From the IMG/VR virus record IMGVR_UViG_3300042139_000023: DNA of 64,000 nt; one strand, written 5' to 3'. The DNA is from a virus (Duplodnaviria > Caudoviricetes). The notes below the pieces were generated by a model that worked only from the letters and a program-made list of their open reading frames with translations, did no database searches and was not told the DNA's origin. Positions 54,419-63,458 of this stretch are shown here, one piece after another; position 1 is the stretch's first letter; each line of letters opens with the position of its first letter. Both the position numbers and the translations under genes were made by a program.

Positions 54419-54493
54419 CAGGGACAGCAGGATTTGAACCTGCGACACGCGGCTTTGGAGACCGCTGCTCTGGCCAAGCTGAGCTATATCCCT
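54419..54493 (-). tRNA. tRNA-Trp(CCA)
   Basis: Cloverleaf; CT-CCA-AA; G73. Confidence 0.95.
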
Positions 54494-54582
54494 TTGCCTG
54501 CCGAGAAGGTTTCCCCTCTCGGCTACAAGTACTACTCTACCGCAGAACTTCGCTATCTCATAGCGGTTTTCGGTGATGAGCC

Positions 54583-55230
54583 TCACGCACGGCGAAGGAA
54601 GGAGAACCCCGTTCCCGTGCTCGTGCAGGTCTGAAGCGCGACCGAGGCGCCGAAACCGGCCGACGGAAAGGTGCCGCCCTGACTGCCGCGCTTCGCCCAG
54701 CCGTGGCCGTACACCCGGTACGTCCCGGCCAGGCCACCCGACGTGATGACGACCTTCCGGCCCACGGGCAGGTCGTCCATCCAGGCCCAGCCCATGTAGT
54801 TGTGGCCCGCCAGCGTCTTCACCCCGGCCGGGTAGTACAGCGTCAGCTTCCCGGCGTCGATGCAGCGCTGGGCCGCCGCCACGGCCGAGCCGCAGAAGGC
54901 GTACCCACCGATCCTGGTGACCTTCTCGACCGGCTTCTTCTTCACCGGTCTCGTCGGCTTCGGCCGGGGCTTGGCGGCGGGCTTCGGTTTCACCACGGAC
55001 TTCCGCACGACGGGCGCCTTCGTCCGAACGGGCGGCGTGAAGGACGGCCTGGCTTCCGGCTTCGGCCCTTCGGTCCGGCCGAGTGGCGGAAGTTCGATGC
55101 GGATGGAGGGTACGACTGCTGCCGCCATGGCGGGTCGGCGCTCATCGGCACCAGCCGCTCCGGCGGCCGTACAGGTCGAGGCCACCAGTGCCCCAGCAGC
55201 GCCCAGCGCCAGCAGTCGTCTCCGTCTCAC
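54583..55230 (-). CDS. exported sortase-fold protein
   Basis: RRRR plus hydrophobic signal; Pro/Lys linker; LAGHN and ALQTC motifs. Confidence 0.6.
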   Translation of the reverse strand: MRRRRLLALGAAGALVASTCTAAGAAGADERRPAMAAAVVPSIRIELPPLGRTEGPKPEARPSFTPPVRTKAPVVRKSVVKPKPAAKPRPKPTRPVKKKPVEKVTRIGGYAFCGSAVAAAQRCIDAGKLTLYYPAGVKTLAGHNYMGWAWMDDLPVGRKVVITSGGLAGTYRVYGHGWAKRGSQGGTFPSAGFGASVALQTCTSTGTGFSFLRRA

Positions 55231-55249
55231 GTCGTTCCGCCTTCCTTGA

Positions 55250-55714
55250 TCACCGCACGTCGGCGATCTCGATGTCGTAGGGCAGCGCCTTCACGGCCTC
55301 TTCGATGTCGTACTCGACGAGGTTCGCATCGGCGTCCCGGCCGATCTTCACCTTCACCACGACCAGCAGTTCCCGATGCCGGGGCTCGGGCTCCGGCTGG
55401 GGGTTGCCCCACCCGCGCTCCTGGAGGGCCGTCAGCAACGGCAGCTCCTTGGCCCAGGCAACCGGGTTGCTGCGGCACGCCTCCAGCCGGGCCAGTTCGC
55501 CTTCGTAGGCGTCCGTCGCGGCGTCCCCGCTCGGACCGGGGCCCAGCAGGTAGGAGGAGATCAGCAGATCGAGGTGAGCCAGTGCGCGGTCGCGGTCGGT
55601 CAGGTATCGGTAGACGTTCTGCGCGTGCCGGATATCCATGTCGGCGACCCGGTGGATCCGGTTCTGACCGTCCACCCAGTACTCGCCCTGGAATAGCAGC
55701 TCCCTGCGGTCCAT
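55250..55714 (-). CDS. hypothetical protein
   Basis: ATG after GGAGGGGAGAG. Confidence 0.7.
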   Translation of the reverse strand: MDRRELLFQGEYWVDGQNRIHRVADMDIRHAQNVYRYLTDRDRALAHLDLLISSYLLGPGPSGDAATDAYEGELARLEACRSNPVAWAKELPLLTALQERGWGNPQPEPEPRHRELLVVVKVKIGRDADANLVEYDIEEAVKALPYDIEIADVR

Positions 55715-56133
55715 CACTCTCCCCTCCTTCCCAGCAGCTTGCCCAGCAGGTTCCAGCCCCGGCCACCGGATTCCGTCTCGCCCGGGTACGGTTCCCTCCC
55801 CGGGGTGTCGTCGCTGATCTGCCATCCCGGCATACCGGCGAAGCGCGGATCCATGGCCTCGTCGTGCATCCGGGGCGGGCTCGTCACGAGGACCGTGTAC
55901 AGCCGCCTCGGCGCCAGTTTGTCCAGGTGCAGCCAGTACACGGGGAAGCCCCGGTCGTGCTCGATCCGCATCAGACGGTCCTCCAGGATCGGCTGCATGC
56001 CGACACCCTTGAGGTACAGCCCCATCTCGATCGTGCGGCCCGTGTGCACCAGCTTGATCGACGATCCGCCGGTCGTGATGGTGCAGGGCTCCCCGACATT
56101 CAGGCTCTTCAGGTCGAGGCGTCCGCTGTTCAC
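55714..56133 (-). CDS. hypothetical protein
   Basis: In frame with 55714..56262. Confidence 0.6.
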   Translation of the reverse strand: MNSGRLDLKSLNVGEPCTITTGGSSIKLVHTGRTIEMGLYLKGVGMQPILEDRLMRIEHDRGFPVYWLHLDKLAPRRLYTVLVTSPPRMHDEAMDPRFAGMPGWQISDDTPGREPYPGETESGGRGWNLLGKLLGRRGE

Positions 56134-56522
56134 CCGCACTGGATCCGCCTCCACGAGTCGGCGGGGATCGGCCAGTACCACCGGTAGCTGCTGCCGTCCG
56201 AGTCGGCCCGTTCCACCCTGACGCCACCGAGCGGGTCCAACTCCAGCCAGTACTCCCGCCACGGCGTGAGCATGGCGACATCGAGCCAGCCGTCCCGGTC
56301 GACGGGCGACCGGTGCTCGTCGTACCCGCGCGTGGTGCAGTGGATGGTCACCCAGGGGCCGGGCGTGCCGATCCCGATACCTGCCTGGTCCGGGTGGCCG
56401 AGTTCGCTGACGATCACCATGTCGCCACCGACTCCGAGATGCCGACGGCCGCCGATGAGTGGCGTGCTGCCCGGCCGATCGGCCATCGTGCGCAAGTCCA
56501 GCAGGGTGCCATCGATCCTCAT
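56130..56522 (-). CDS. hypothetical protein
   Basis: ATGA overlap. Confidence 0.6.
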   Translation of the reverse strand: MRIDGTLLDLRTMADRPGSTPLIGGRRHLGVGGDMVIVSELGHPDQAGIGIGTPGPWVTIHCTTRGYDEHRSPVDRDGWLDVAMLTPWREYWLELDPLGGVRVERADSDGSSYRWYWPIPADSWRRIQCG

Positions 56523-56752
56523 GCGCTCACCGGCCGCATGTCCTCGATCGCGTCGCCGACGGCTTCGATCACGCTCTTGAGCGCGTCGGCCGCGCTGGCG
56601 TAGGCGCCGTCGCGCAGGTCGGCGGGTAGTCGCTTCACGTCGGCCGCGAGCTTGCTGCGCAACACCTCGAAGGTCTCCTTCGGGGATGCGGCTTCGTCCA
56701 GCAGCTCCTCGTAGTAGCGCTGGCGGTTCTCCGTATTTCCCGTGCGTGCCAC
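56519..56752 (-). CDS. hypothetical protein
   Basis: GTG after GGAAGGAG. Confidence 0.65.
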   Translation of the reverse strand: MARTGNTENRQRYYEELLDEAASPKETFEVLRSKLAADVKRLPADLRDGAYASAADALKSVIEAVGDAIEDMRPVSA

Positions 56753-56807
56753 ATCGTCTCCTTCCGAAAGCCCCGGTTCTCAACCGGGGCTCCGTTTCCT
56801 TCTGTTG

Positions 56808-56836
56808 AGAATATCAGATGGCCTGGGCCATGTCAG
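56808..56836 (-). promoter_or_regulatory. CTGACA-17-TATTCT promoter with operator TGGCCCAGGCCA in the spacer
   Basis: Read on - strand. Confidence 0.65.
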
Positions 56837-58356
56837 CCGCCCTGGACCGCCTTCGGCCGGTACGTCACGCCCTGCTTCTGCTGGCGCATCGGCGTGACGT
56901 TCGTCTTCTCCTGCTCGATCTCCTCCATGACGATCTCTTCGAGAACGTCCCCGGTGAACACGTCGCCGACCGGCTCGCAGTACTCGCGCTCCAGCGAGGC
57001 GTACTCCTCGTTCATCCGTTCCGCCGTCCGGCCGACCTCGGCCAGGATCTGGTCCAGCGGCCTCTTCTCGTCCTGGGCCGCCGACTCGGTGGCCCGGCTG
57101 ACGAGCGCCAGCATCCGGCGCATGGTGCGCTCCCGCAGGATGCGCGCCGCGACGAGCGGCTTGGTGGTGTCGTCGAAGGCGACGGCCTCCAGCTCAAGGG
57201 CGTAGGGCAGCACCTTCTCGAAGGTGCTCACCCCCATCTCCTCGACCTCGGCGGCCACCATCTCCGGCGTGATCACGTTCTCCTGCCGGGCCAGCCGGGC
57301 AGCAGCCTTGATGATCACGTTCATGCGGCTGTCGGTCTGGATGTCCACCTCGGCGATCCCGTACGAGTGGCCGTACCGCAGGATCGATCCGATCAGACTC
57401 CGCTCGACGGACTCCTGGCTGAAGCCGTTGAAGAACACCGGCTTCTCGCGGTGCTCCTCCTCGACCAGGATCACCATCTCAGGCCGCTTCTTGATCGGCT
57501 CGAAGGGAACGATCTCGAACTCGTCGAGACCGAACCCGTGGTCCCGGTGGTCGGAGAAGTCCGCGCCGTCGGCCATGAGCGGCGAGCAGACCACCTTCAC
57601 CTTGGTCACCACGTTGCTCAGGTGCTTGTGCACCTCCTCGGCGAACTCCAGGCCCGTCTTGTCGCAGTCGGCCACGATGATGACCTCGGAGGCGCCCTTG
57701 AAGTACCGGCCGTACTCCAGCCGCCACTTGCTCTTGCCCGCACCCGAGACGATGGTCGTCACCGCTTCGTCGGGGAAGTCCCGCCTCATCCGGTCGGCGT
57801 CCTTCTCGCCCTCCATGAGCCAGATCCGGCGCCCGGCCTTCGCCGCCTCGATCACCTTCACCAGGTTGTAGAGCACCCGGCGGACCGAGGAGGGAAGCCC
57901 CCATTTCTTGCCGAACTTCTTGCTGGCGTCGGGCACCCACTGCGCGAACGGCTGCGGGCATCCGTCACCCTTGCGCGAGCAGCGCGCCACCGCGTAGAGG
58001 AGGTTCCCGTTCTCGTCGGTATACCGGTATTCCGCCGACTTGTGGCCGCCGCAGCCGTTCTTCTGGCAGGGCATCCACAGATCGGCGGCGAGCTGGCGGT
58101 CTTCCTCTCCCATCTGGCCGCCGTTGTCGAACAGGTCGGGCCAGTTGAGGTCGAGCGCGATGCGGATGTCGTCGGTGGCGCAGCGGGCGTGGCAGTTGAG
58201 CACCGCACCCTTCTCACCCTGGGTGATGCTGAGCGATGCGTTGCGGTCCTCGTGCGCCGGGCACTGGGCGGTGTAGTACCCACCGTGCTGCTTGACCCGG
58301 CTTCCGCTCCTGTCCAGCGCCGCGAGTACGTTCCTGAGTCCTGACCCTCGTGCCAT
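56833..58356 (-). CDS. DNA primase (Zn finger plus TOPRIM) with DnaB-N-like C-terminal domain
   Basis: AQCPAHEDRNASLSI..CHARC; MEGEKDAD; IIVADCDKTG. Confidence 0.85.
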   Translation of the reverse strand: MARGSGLRNVLAALDRSGSRVKQHGGYYTAQCPAHEDRNASLSITQGEKGAVLNCHARCATDDIRIALDLNWPDLFDNGGQMGEEDRQLAADLWMPCQKNGCGGHKSAEYRYTDENGNLLYAVARCSRKGDGCPQPFAQWVPDASKKFGKKWGLPSSVRRVLYNLVKVIEAAKAGRRIWLMEGEKDADRMRRDFPDEAVTTIVSGAGKSKWRLEYGRYFKGASEVIIVADCDKTGLEFAEEVHKHLSNVVTKVKVVCSPLMADGADFSDHRDHGFGLDEFEIVPFEPIKKRPEMVILVEEEHREKPVFFNGFSQESVERSLIGSILRYGHSYGIAEVDIQTDSRMNVIIKAAARLARQENVITPEMVAAEVEEMGVSTFEKVLPYALELEAVAFDDTTKPLVAARILRERTMRRMLALVSRATESAAQDEKRPLDQILAEVGRTAERMNEEYASLEREYCEPVGDVFTGDVLEEIVMEEIEQEKTNVTPMRQQKQGVTYRPKAVQGG

Positions 58357-58419
58357 TCGCACAACCTCTCTCACCGGGCGCCGCGTACGCCCCACCGGTA
58401 GCGGGGCGTGCGACGACCA

Positions 58420-58956
58420 TCATGCCGGGCGATAGACCGGACCGCTCGGGTCGAACACGACAGGAACCTCGAAGCCCTCGGCGTCGTAGACGATCGTGTC
58501 GCCGCCGACGCGGATCACTTCGCTGGACAGCCGCTTCGCCGTCTCGCTTTCGAGGTCGGCGAGGGTCAGGATCGGAGCCGTCGTCTCACTGCTGAGGCGG
58601 CTGAGTTCGGAGGGGCTGAGTCCAGGAGCGTACACCAGCTCAGCCTTGTCGACGTGCTCCCGGCCAGTGCCGGAGGCGTACATGACGAGGCGCAGATGAC
58701 GCATCTCCCGGGCCGCCACACGCCCGTCCCCGCCGCCCAGAATCTGGCCGACCGAGGACCACACCTCATCGTCGGAACGCAGCCCCGGCAGGAGCACGAG
58801 CACCTTCATTCCGCAGATCGCCGCATTCAGCAGCATCTGCGCGCAGAGCACGTCCGGCCTGCCTCCCGAGTCGTTCGACACGAGCGACGTGACGGCGCCC
58901 TCCTTCAGTCCCCAGCCGGGCCGCGCCAGAGCGATGGGCCCTACAGACACAACCAT
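58420..58956 (-). CDS. degenerate DnaB/RecA-fold-like protein lacking Walker A
   Basis: Weak DnaB C-terminal-like layout; adjacent to helicase and primase. Confidence 0.4.
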   Translation of the reverse strand: MVVSVGPIALARPGWGLKEGAVTSLVSNDSGGRPDVLCAQMLLNAAICGMKVLVLLPGLRSDDEVWSSVGQILGGGDGRVAAREMRHLRLVMYASGTGREHVDKAELVYAPGLSPSELSRLSSETTAPILTLADLESETAKRLSSEVIRVGGDTIVYDAEGFEVPVVFDPSGPVYRPA

Positions 58957-59005
58957 CTCTTCACCCTTTCCGAGGGGTGAACCAACATCAACTTGGCTCA
59001 CCCAC

Positions 59006-59028
59006 AGCCTACTACATGGCCTGGGCCA
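59006..59028 (-). promoter_or_regulatory. operator TGGCCCAGGCCA followed by -10-like TAGGCT
   Basis: Read on - strand. Confidence 0.55.
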
Positions 59029-59164
59029 CTTCTACTGGCAAGCCCCTCGAAAGGGGCTTGCCGCCCGTCACCCATGGCTGCCATACTCTACATGCCGCCC
59101 CACGAGGGGCCGGAAGTGGGGCCAGGTCATCCGGTGGACACCGGACGCCTGGCCTTCGCGCTGT

Positions 59165-59611
59165 CTACCGGAGCTTCGCCCGGAACCGGGCGCCTCCGAT
59201 GATCTCCTCGTCGGTCGCCTCGACGACCTGCTTCGTCAGCTCGCGGATCGGGCCGAAGCCGTTGTACGAGAAGTCCTTCGGCACGTTCATCGCCTGCTGC
59301 TTGCCCATCTCCAGCAGGCCGACGACCGACAGCAGCCAGCCATCACAGACGGCGTACTTCGCCGCCTCGATGGTCCAGATGTCGAACCACTCCCGGATCG
59401 CGTCACGGCGTCCGCGCAGGTGGGCCGTCTTCAGCCACTTCCGGTACCTCTCGGCCTTCTCGTCGGCCTCCAGGTACCTTTCGTTGATCCACCTGCGTTC
59501 GGCGATCACGATGTTGACGTCCCGGGGCTCCATCACGAACAGGTCGCCGGGCGGCGCGAGGCGGCCGAGCGGACCGAGGTCGTCGCAGACCAGAAACTCC
59601 CCCGTGATCAC
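59165..59611 (-). CDS. hypothetical protein
   Basis: ORF track. Confidence 0.7.
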   Translation of the reverse strand: MITGEFLVCDDLGPLGRLAPPGDLFVMEPRDVNIVIAERRWINERYLEADEKAERYRKWLKTAHLRGRRDAIREWFDIWTIEAAKYAVCDGWLLSVVGLLEMGKQQAMNVPKDFSYNGFGPIRELTKQVVEATDEEIIGGARFRAKLR

Positions 59612-60969
59612 GACGACATCCCCGCCAGCATGTCGGAGGGGTTGAGGAAGCGGCTGTGGGCGCCGTCGAACAGCATCACCCGTTCGGCCGTCTTGCCCCC
59701 TCGGTTCTTCGCGAGGATCAGGTCCGCATCCTTGCCCCGCGCCGTGTCAGGGTCGATCTTGAACGGCAGGTGAACCAGGACCACCACGTTCGCGTCCTGC
59801 TCGATCTGGCCGGACTGGCGCAGGTCGGTCAGCTTGGGCTTGCCGTCATCGCGACCGGCCGACTCACGGTTGAGCTGAGCCAGCGCGATGATGATCACCC
59901 GGAGCGTACGGGCCAGCCTGCGCAGGCCCTCCGAGACGATCGCCACGTCCACCGTCGGGTTGCCGGTCGGCTTGTCCGGCTTGACGAGCTGGAGGTAGTC
60001 GATGACGAAGACCTTCGCGCCCTTCTCGCGCGCCGACTTGCGCACCTTCAGAGCGATCTCGCCAAGGGTCTGGCCCGGGTCGTCGTCGACCGTCATCGGG
60101 TAGTCCGCCTGGTTGGCGTCGTACTCGATCAGGCGCTCGATCGCCTCAGCGTCCACCCGGCCGTCACGGATGTCCTCGAAGGGGATGCCCGTCTCGGCCG
60201 ACGCGTTGCGCTGGCCCAGCTCCTCCTTCGGCATCTCCAGCGAGAAGATCTCCGTGGCGATGCCCTGGTGCGCGACGTTCCGGGCGACCTGGGCACCCAG
60301 GGTGGTCTTGCCATGGCCGGGGCGCCCGGCGATCACGATGAACTGGCCCAGCCGCATGCCGCCGGTCAGCTCGTCGATGTCGTGCAGCCCCATCGGGATG
60401 CCCTTTTCCATCGTGCGCCCGTGCAGGATGTGGCCCAGCGCCGCCTCCGAGACCTGCGACGCGGAGAAGGTGGTCTCCACCTTCGTGGAGGCGTCGATGA
60501 CCTCCGACACCACCACCGAGACCTCCCCGGCGATCTCCCCGTAGGAGCCGCCACCCGCCTGCACCCGGCCCGAGGACTCCACCAGCACCTTGTGCAGCAG
60601 GCGCCGCCGGTACAGGTCGAGCAGGGTCCGGGCGCCTCCGTGCGAGGCCGCCAGGTTCCCGGCCTTCGCGGGCAGGCTGTGCACGTGGTCGAACAGCTCG
60701 GCGGTCAGCTCACCTTCCTGCCGCAGCGCCCCGACGACAGCCACCGGGTGAGTGTTGCCGCCGTCGATGAAGCAGGACAGGAACGCCTCGTAGACCTTGC
60801 GGTTCAGCGGGTCGTGGAACACCTCCGGCCCGGCGTCCCGCAGGATCTCGGTGACCTCGTCACGGCAGTCGAGCGGGTGGCCGTCGGAGACGAGCAGTTC
60901 CCCTAGAACCGCCGTCTCCGCGTGCGGGTCGACCATCGTGCCGCCCGCAATGGCGCGTACTTCACCCAC
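59608..60969 (-). CDS. dnaB: replicative DnaB-family helicase
   Basis: GRPGHGKT, FSLEM, IDYLQL, AQLNRE, DLRQSGQIEQDA, AKNRGG. Confidence 0.95.
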   Translation of the reverse strand: MGEVRAIAGGTMVDPHAETAVLGELLVSDGHPLDCRDEVTEILRDAGPEVFHDPLNRKVYEAFLSCFIDGGNTHPVAVVGALRQEGELTAELFDHVHSLPAKAGNLAASHGGARTLLDLYRRRLLHKVLVESSGRVQAGGGSYGEIAGEVSVVVSEVIDASTKVETTFSASQVSEAALGHILHGRTMEKGIPMGLHDIDELTGGMRLGQFIVIAGRPGHGKTTLGAQVARNVAHQGIATEIFSLEMPKEELGQRNASAETGIPFEDIRDGRVDAEAIERLIEYDANQADYPMTVDDDPGQTLGEIALKVRKSAREKGAKVFVIDYLQLVKPDKPTGNPTVDVAIVSEGLRRLARTLRVIIIALAQLNRESAGRDDGKPKLTDLRQSGQIEQDANVVVLVHLPFKIDPDTARGKDADLILAKNRGGKTAERVMLFDGAHSRFLNPSDMLAGMSS

Positions 60970-60992
60970 GTTTGTTCTCCTTATCCGTTTCT

Positions 60993-61937
60993 TCAGCTCT
61001 TCAGCAGGTTGGCCCGCTCACGCTGGGCCTGGTACTCGCGCAGCCTTGCGTCGATCTTCTCCTGCTCCTCGGGGCTGATCTCCAGGCCGGGCCGCTGGTG
61101 GAACTGCTTCGGCGGCACGTACCGGTTGAGCTGTTCGTCCTCCTTCGGCGCCTCGGGCATCGCGATGCGCGCCTTCGGGGGCTTGCCCAGGTCTCCGGCC
61201 TTGCTGATCAGCAGCCGTTCCGGAGCGTTGACCCGGGGGTTCAGCTCGGCCGCCATCCGCAGCGCCAGCTCGCGCGGGTTCCATCCGGCCTCCAGCGCCG
61301 GGCGCACCGCAGCGGCGACCCGCTCACAGGCGGCCGACATCAGCCGCAGCCGGGGCTCGATGTTCCGCGCGGTGATCTCTTCCAGCTCGACAGCGAACTC
61401 GGCCTCGGCCCCGCTCGGCACGGGGGCCTGAAGGCCCGACATGTCGAACTCGGGCTCCGGCTCCTCGGTCTCCTCGTCCATGAGGACGATCGCCTGAGCC
61501 TGCGCCTCCTGCTGGCGGGCACCCTTGCGGGGCCTGCGGTTCAGCGGCACCGTCACGAAGACCACGCTGCGGCTCTTTTTCTTGCTGATCGCGGCGGCCT
61601 CGGCCATCACGCTCTTGGGGCCCGCGTACTCCTCCGGCGGCACCACGACGAACTCGAAGTCGGCACCCTCGCCCGACTGCGGGTTGTTCAGCCTGCGCAG
61701 GATCCCCTTCTTGGCCAGGGACTGCATCGCCTTGTGCGCGGTGCTCACCGAGACGAGGCCACCCGAGATCTCGTTGACCCAGGCTGCGGTCGCGCGGAAG
61801 CCGGTCTCGGGCACGCCGCCGTGCGTGTGCTTGAGGTTGCCCTTGATGATCGAGTAGATCCGGTACTCGGTGGACGTCACGTCCGGGTGCAGCAGCACCC
61901 AGTCGTCGACCACGGTGAAGTGCCTTGAATCCGACAT
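60993..61937 (-). CDS. phage replication initiator-like wHTH protein
   Basis: FTVVDDWVL..EYRIYSII N-terminus; directly upstream of helicase. Confidence 0.65.
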   Translation of the reverse strand: MSDSRHFTVVDDWVLLHPDVTSTEYRIYSIIKGNLKHTHGGVPETGFRATAAWVNEISGGLVSVSTAHKAMQSLAKKGILRRLNNPQSGEGADFEFVVVPPEEYAGPKSVMAEAAAISKKKSRSVVFVTVPLNRRPRKGARQQEAQAQAIVLMDEETEEPEPEFDMSGLQAPVPSGAEAEFAVELEEITARNIEPRLRLMSAACERVAAAVRPALEAGWNPRELALRMAAELNPRVNAPERLLISKAGDLGKPPKARIAMPEAPKEDEQLNRYVPPKQFHQRPGLEISPEEQEKIDARLREYQAQRERANLLKS

Positions 61938-62008
61938 GGCTTCCGCTGTAACCTTTCAGTCAGTTTGCTTGATCGAGGCCCCAGTTCACGCTGGGGCCTT
62001 CTCCTTTC

Positions 62009-62404
62009 TCAGGAGAAGGCTGCCACCAGCTTGCCGTTCGGGCGCCGGTAAGCGTCCAGCTCGTCGCGGATGTCGGGCGGGTACGCCTCCATCTGGAGCC
62101 GGACCTTGCCGCTGCGGTAGACCGCGACCTTCGTGATCGCCTCGATCTCCAGCAGGAACTGCATCGGCTTCTTCCACTCGCCGTTCTCACCGAACAGCGC
62201 TTCCGCCCAGTCCTTCGAGATGGTGACGCGCATCCTGTCGGAGTCCTCCATCGTCGCGGCGGAGGCGATCCGCGCGTACAGGCCCAGGGCCTCGAACTCC
62301 TCGCTGAGCTTCGCCACCACCCAGATGGGGAACGGCGCCGTCTGGGCGTACTGCCCGAACTCGTTCATCAGGGTCGCGTCGATGACGCTGGCCTCGTGTC
62401 CCAT
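62009..62404 (-). CDS. Rep N-terminal-like hypothetical protein
   Basis: PFPIWVV..ALGLYARI. Confidence 0.5.
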   Translation of the reverse strand: MGHEASVIDATLMNEFGQYAQTAPFPIWVVAKLSEEFEALGLYARIASAATMEDSDRMRVTISKDWAEALFGENGEWKKPMQFLLEIEAITKVAVYRSGKVRLQMEAYPPDIRDELDAYRRPNGKLVAAFS

Positions 62405-62479
62405 GCCGGTCACTCCTTTCCGTAGTTGCGACTCTAGCAGAACGATCTCGGCAGTGCAGCTAGAAGTCGCCCCCTTGTC

Positions 62480-62720
62480 CACCAGAAGGTACTCCCTCTA
62501 TCCGCGTATGAGAAGGGTGCGACAGGGAGACCGGGGTCACATCGTTGACATGTTCATGCTCATCGAGATGTCCAACTTCACCCCGGAATACCCTTGACCT
62601 CTCGTTGCCAAAGTAGGCCATATGGTTGACCATATGAGGTCAACGTCCCTGGCAGAAAATGACAGAGTCGGTAGCCCACCTGACCTGGGGAAACGTCGAT
62701 TTTCCACCCCCTATAGAAGT
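62480..62720. promoter_or_regulatory. AT-richer divergent control region with palindrome GTTGACC-ATATGA-GGTCAAC
   Basis: Several TTGAC hexamers and two CATATG units; between divergent arms. Confidence 0.5.
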
Positions 62721-63110
62721 ATCTAGAAGTCCTCCTCTTCAGGCTTGGCTCCAGCCATGCCAGGCACATGCCGGAGTGGGTTCCCCACCCACCGGCCCGC
62801 ACCTGACCTGTCTTCCGCCAAGCCTTCATCGTCGTCCTCAGCGCGTCGGCGCTCCGCGCCGCCGGAGGACGGATGGACTCGCTTCGCTCGAAAGACCTCG
62901 GGGCTTCTGTGGTCTGCCGGGTGCGGGGCGTCGGCCGGGGTCGCGCTTCGGGTGCGGCGGGAAGGTGGCTGGGCGCCCGGCTGCGGGCCCGCACGGGGTT
63001 CGGCGCCCCTCGGGTGGTCGGCGGGCGCCGTCGGCCGCCTGCGGGTCGCAGGAGCCTGGGGAGGTACGTGAGAAGTAGGGTGGCCGGGTTTCCCTACCTG
63101 GAGGTGGATC

Positions 63111-63386
63111 ATGGCGATCCCGAGTGGCGCCTACGCCGTCACGTACAAGCTGTGGCTGTTCGCCGACACGGACCCCGAGAACCCGGTGGACACCGGCATC
63201 GAGCAGACCTTCCCGTTCACGAACGGGTTCGGCGCGACGGTGACGGAGAACGAGGACGCGGCGGCCGAGGCGGCGATGGGTGCCTGGAAGGCAGCGATGG
63301 AGGCGGCGTACCCCGGCGTGACGGTGAATGCCCGCCGCGAGTACCTGATCCGGTCGGAGCCCGACACCTGGCCCTGGTCTTCCTGA
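63111..63386 (+). CDS. hypothetical protein
   Basis: GGAGGTG RBS. Confidence 0.7.
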   Translation: MAIPSGAYAVTYKLWLFADTDPENPVDTGIEQTFPFTNGFGATVTENEDAAAEAAMGAWKAAMEAAYPGVTVNARREYLIRSEPDTWPWSS

Positions 63387-63388
63387 AC

Positions 63389-63400
63389 CGGCCCAGGCCA
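63389..63400 (+). promoter_or_regulatory. operator-like CGGCCCAGGCCA
   Basis: Intergenic; TATCCT downstream. Confidence 0.45.
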
Positions 63401-63458
63401 TCAAGGTTCGCTGATATCCTCTCCGTTGGGGAATCACCCCATCGGAGAGGAGCAGGGG

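Noticed and set aside
51150-54493. Theta (HDV-like) ribozymes at tRNA 3' trailers
   Set aside because: The trailers examined do not give the P1-P2-P3-P1'-P4-P2' order with a catalytic C
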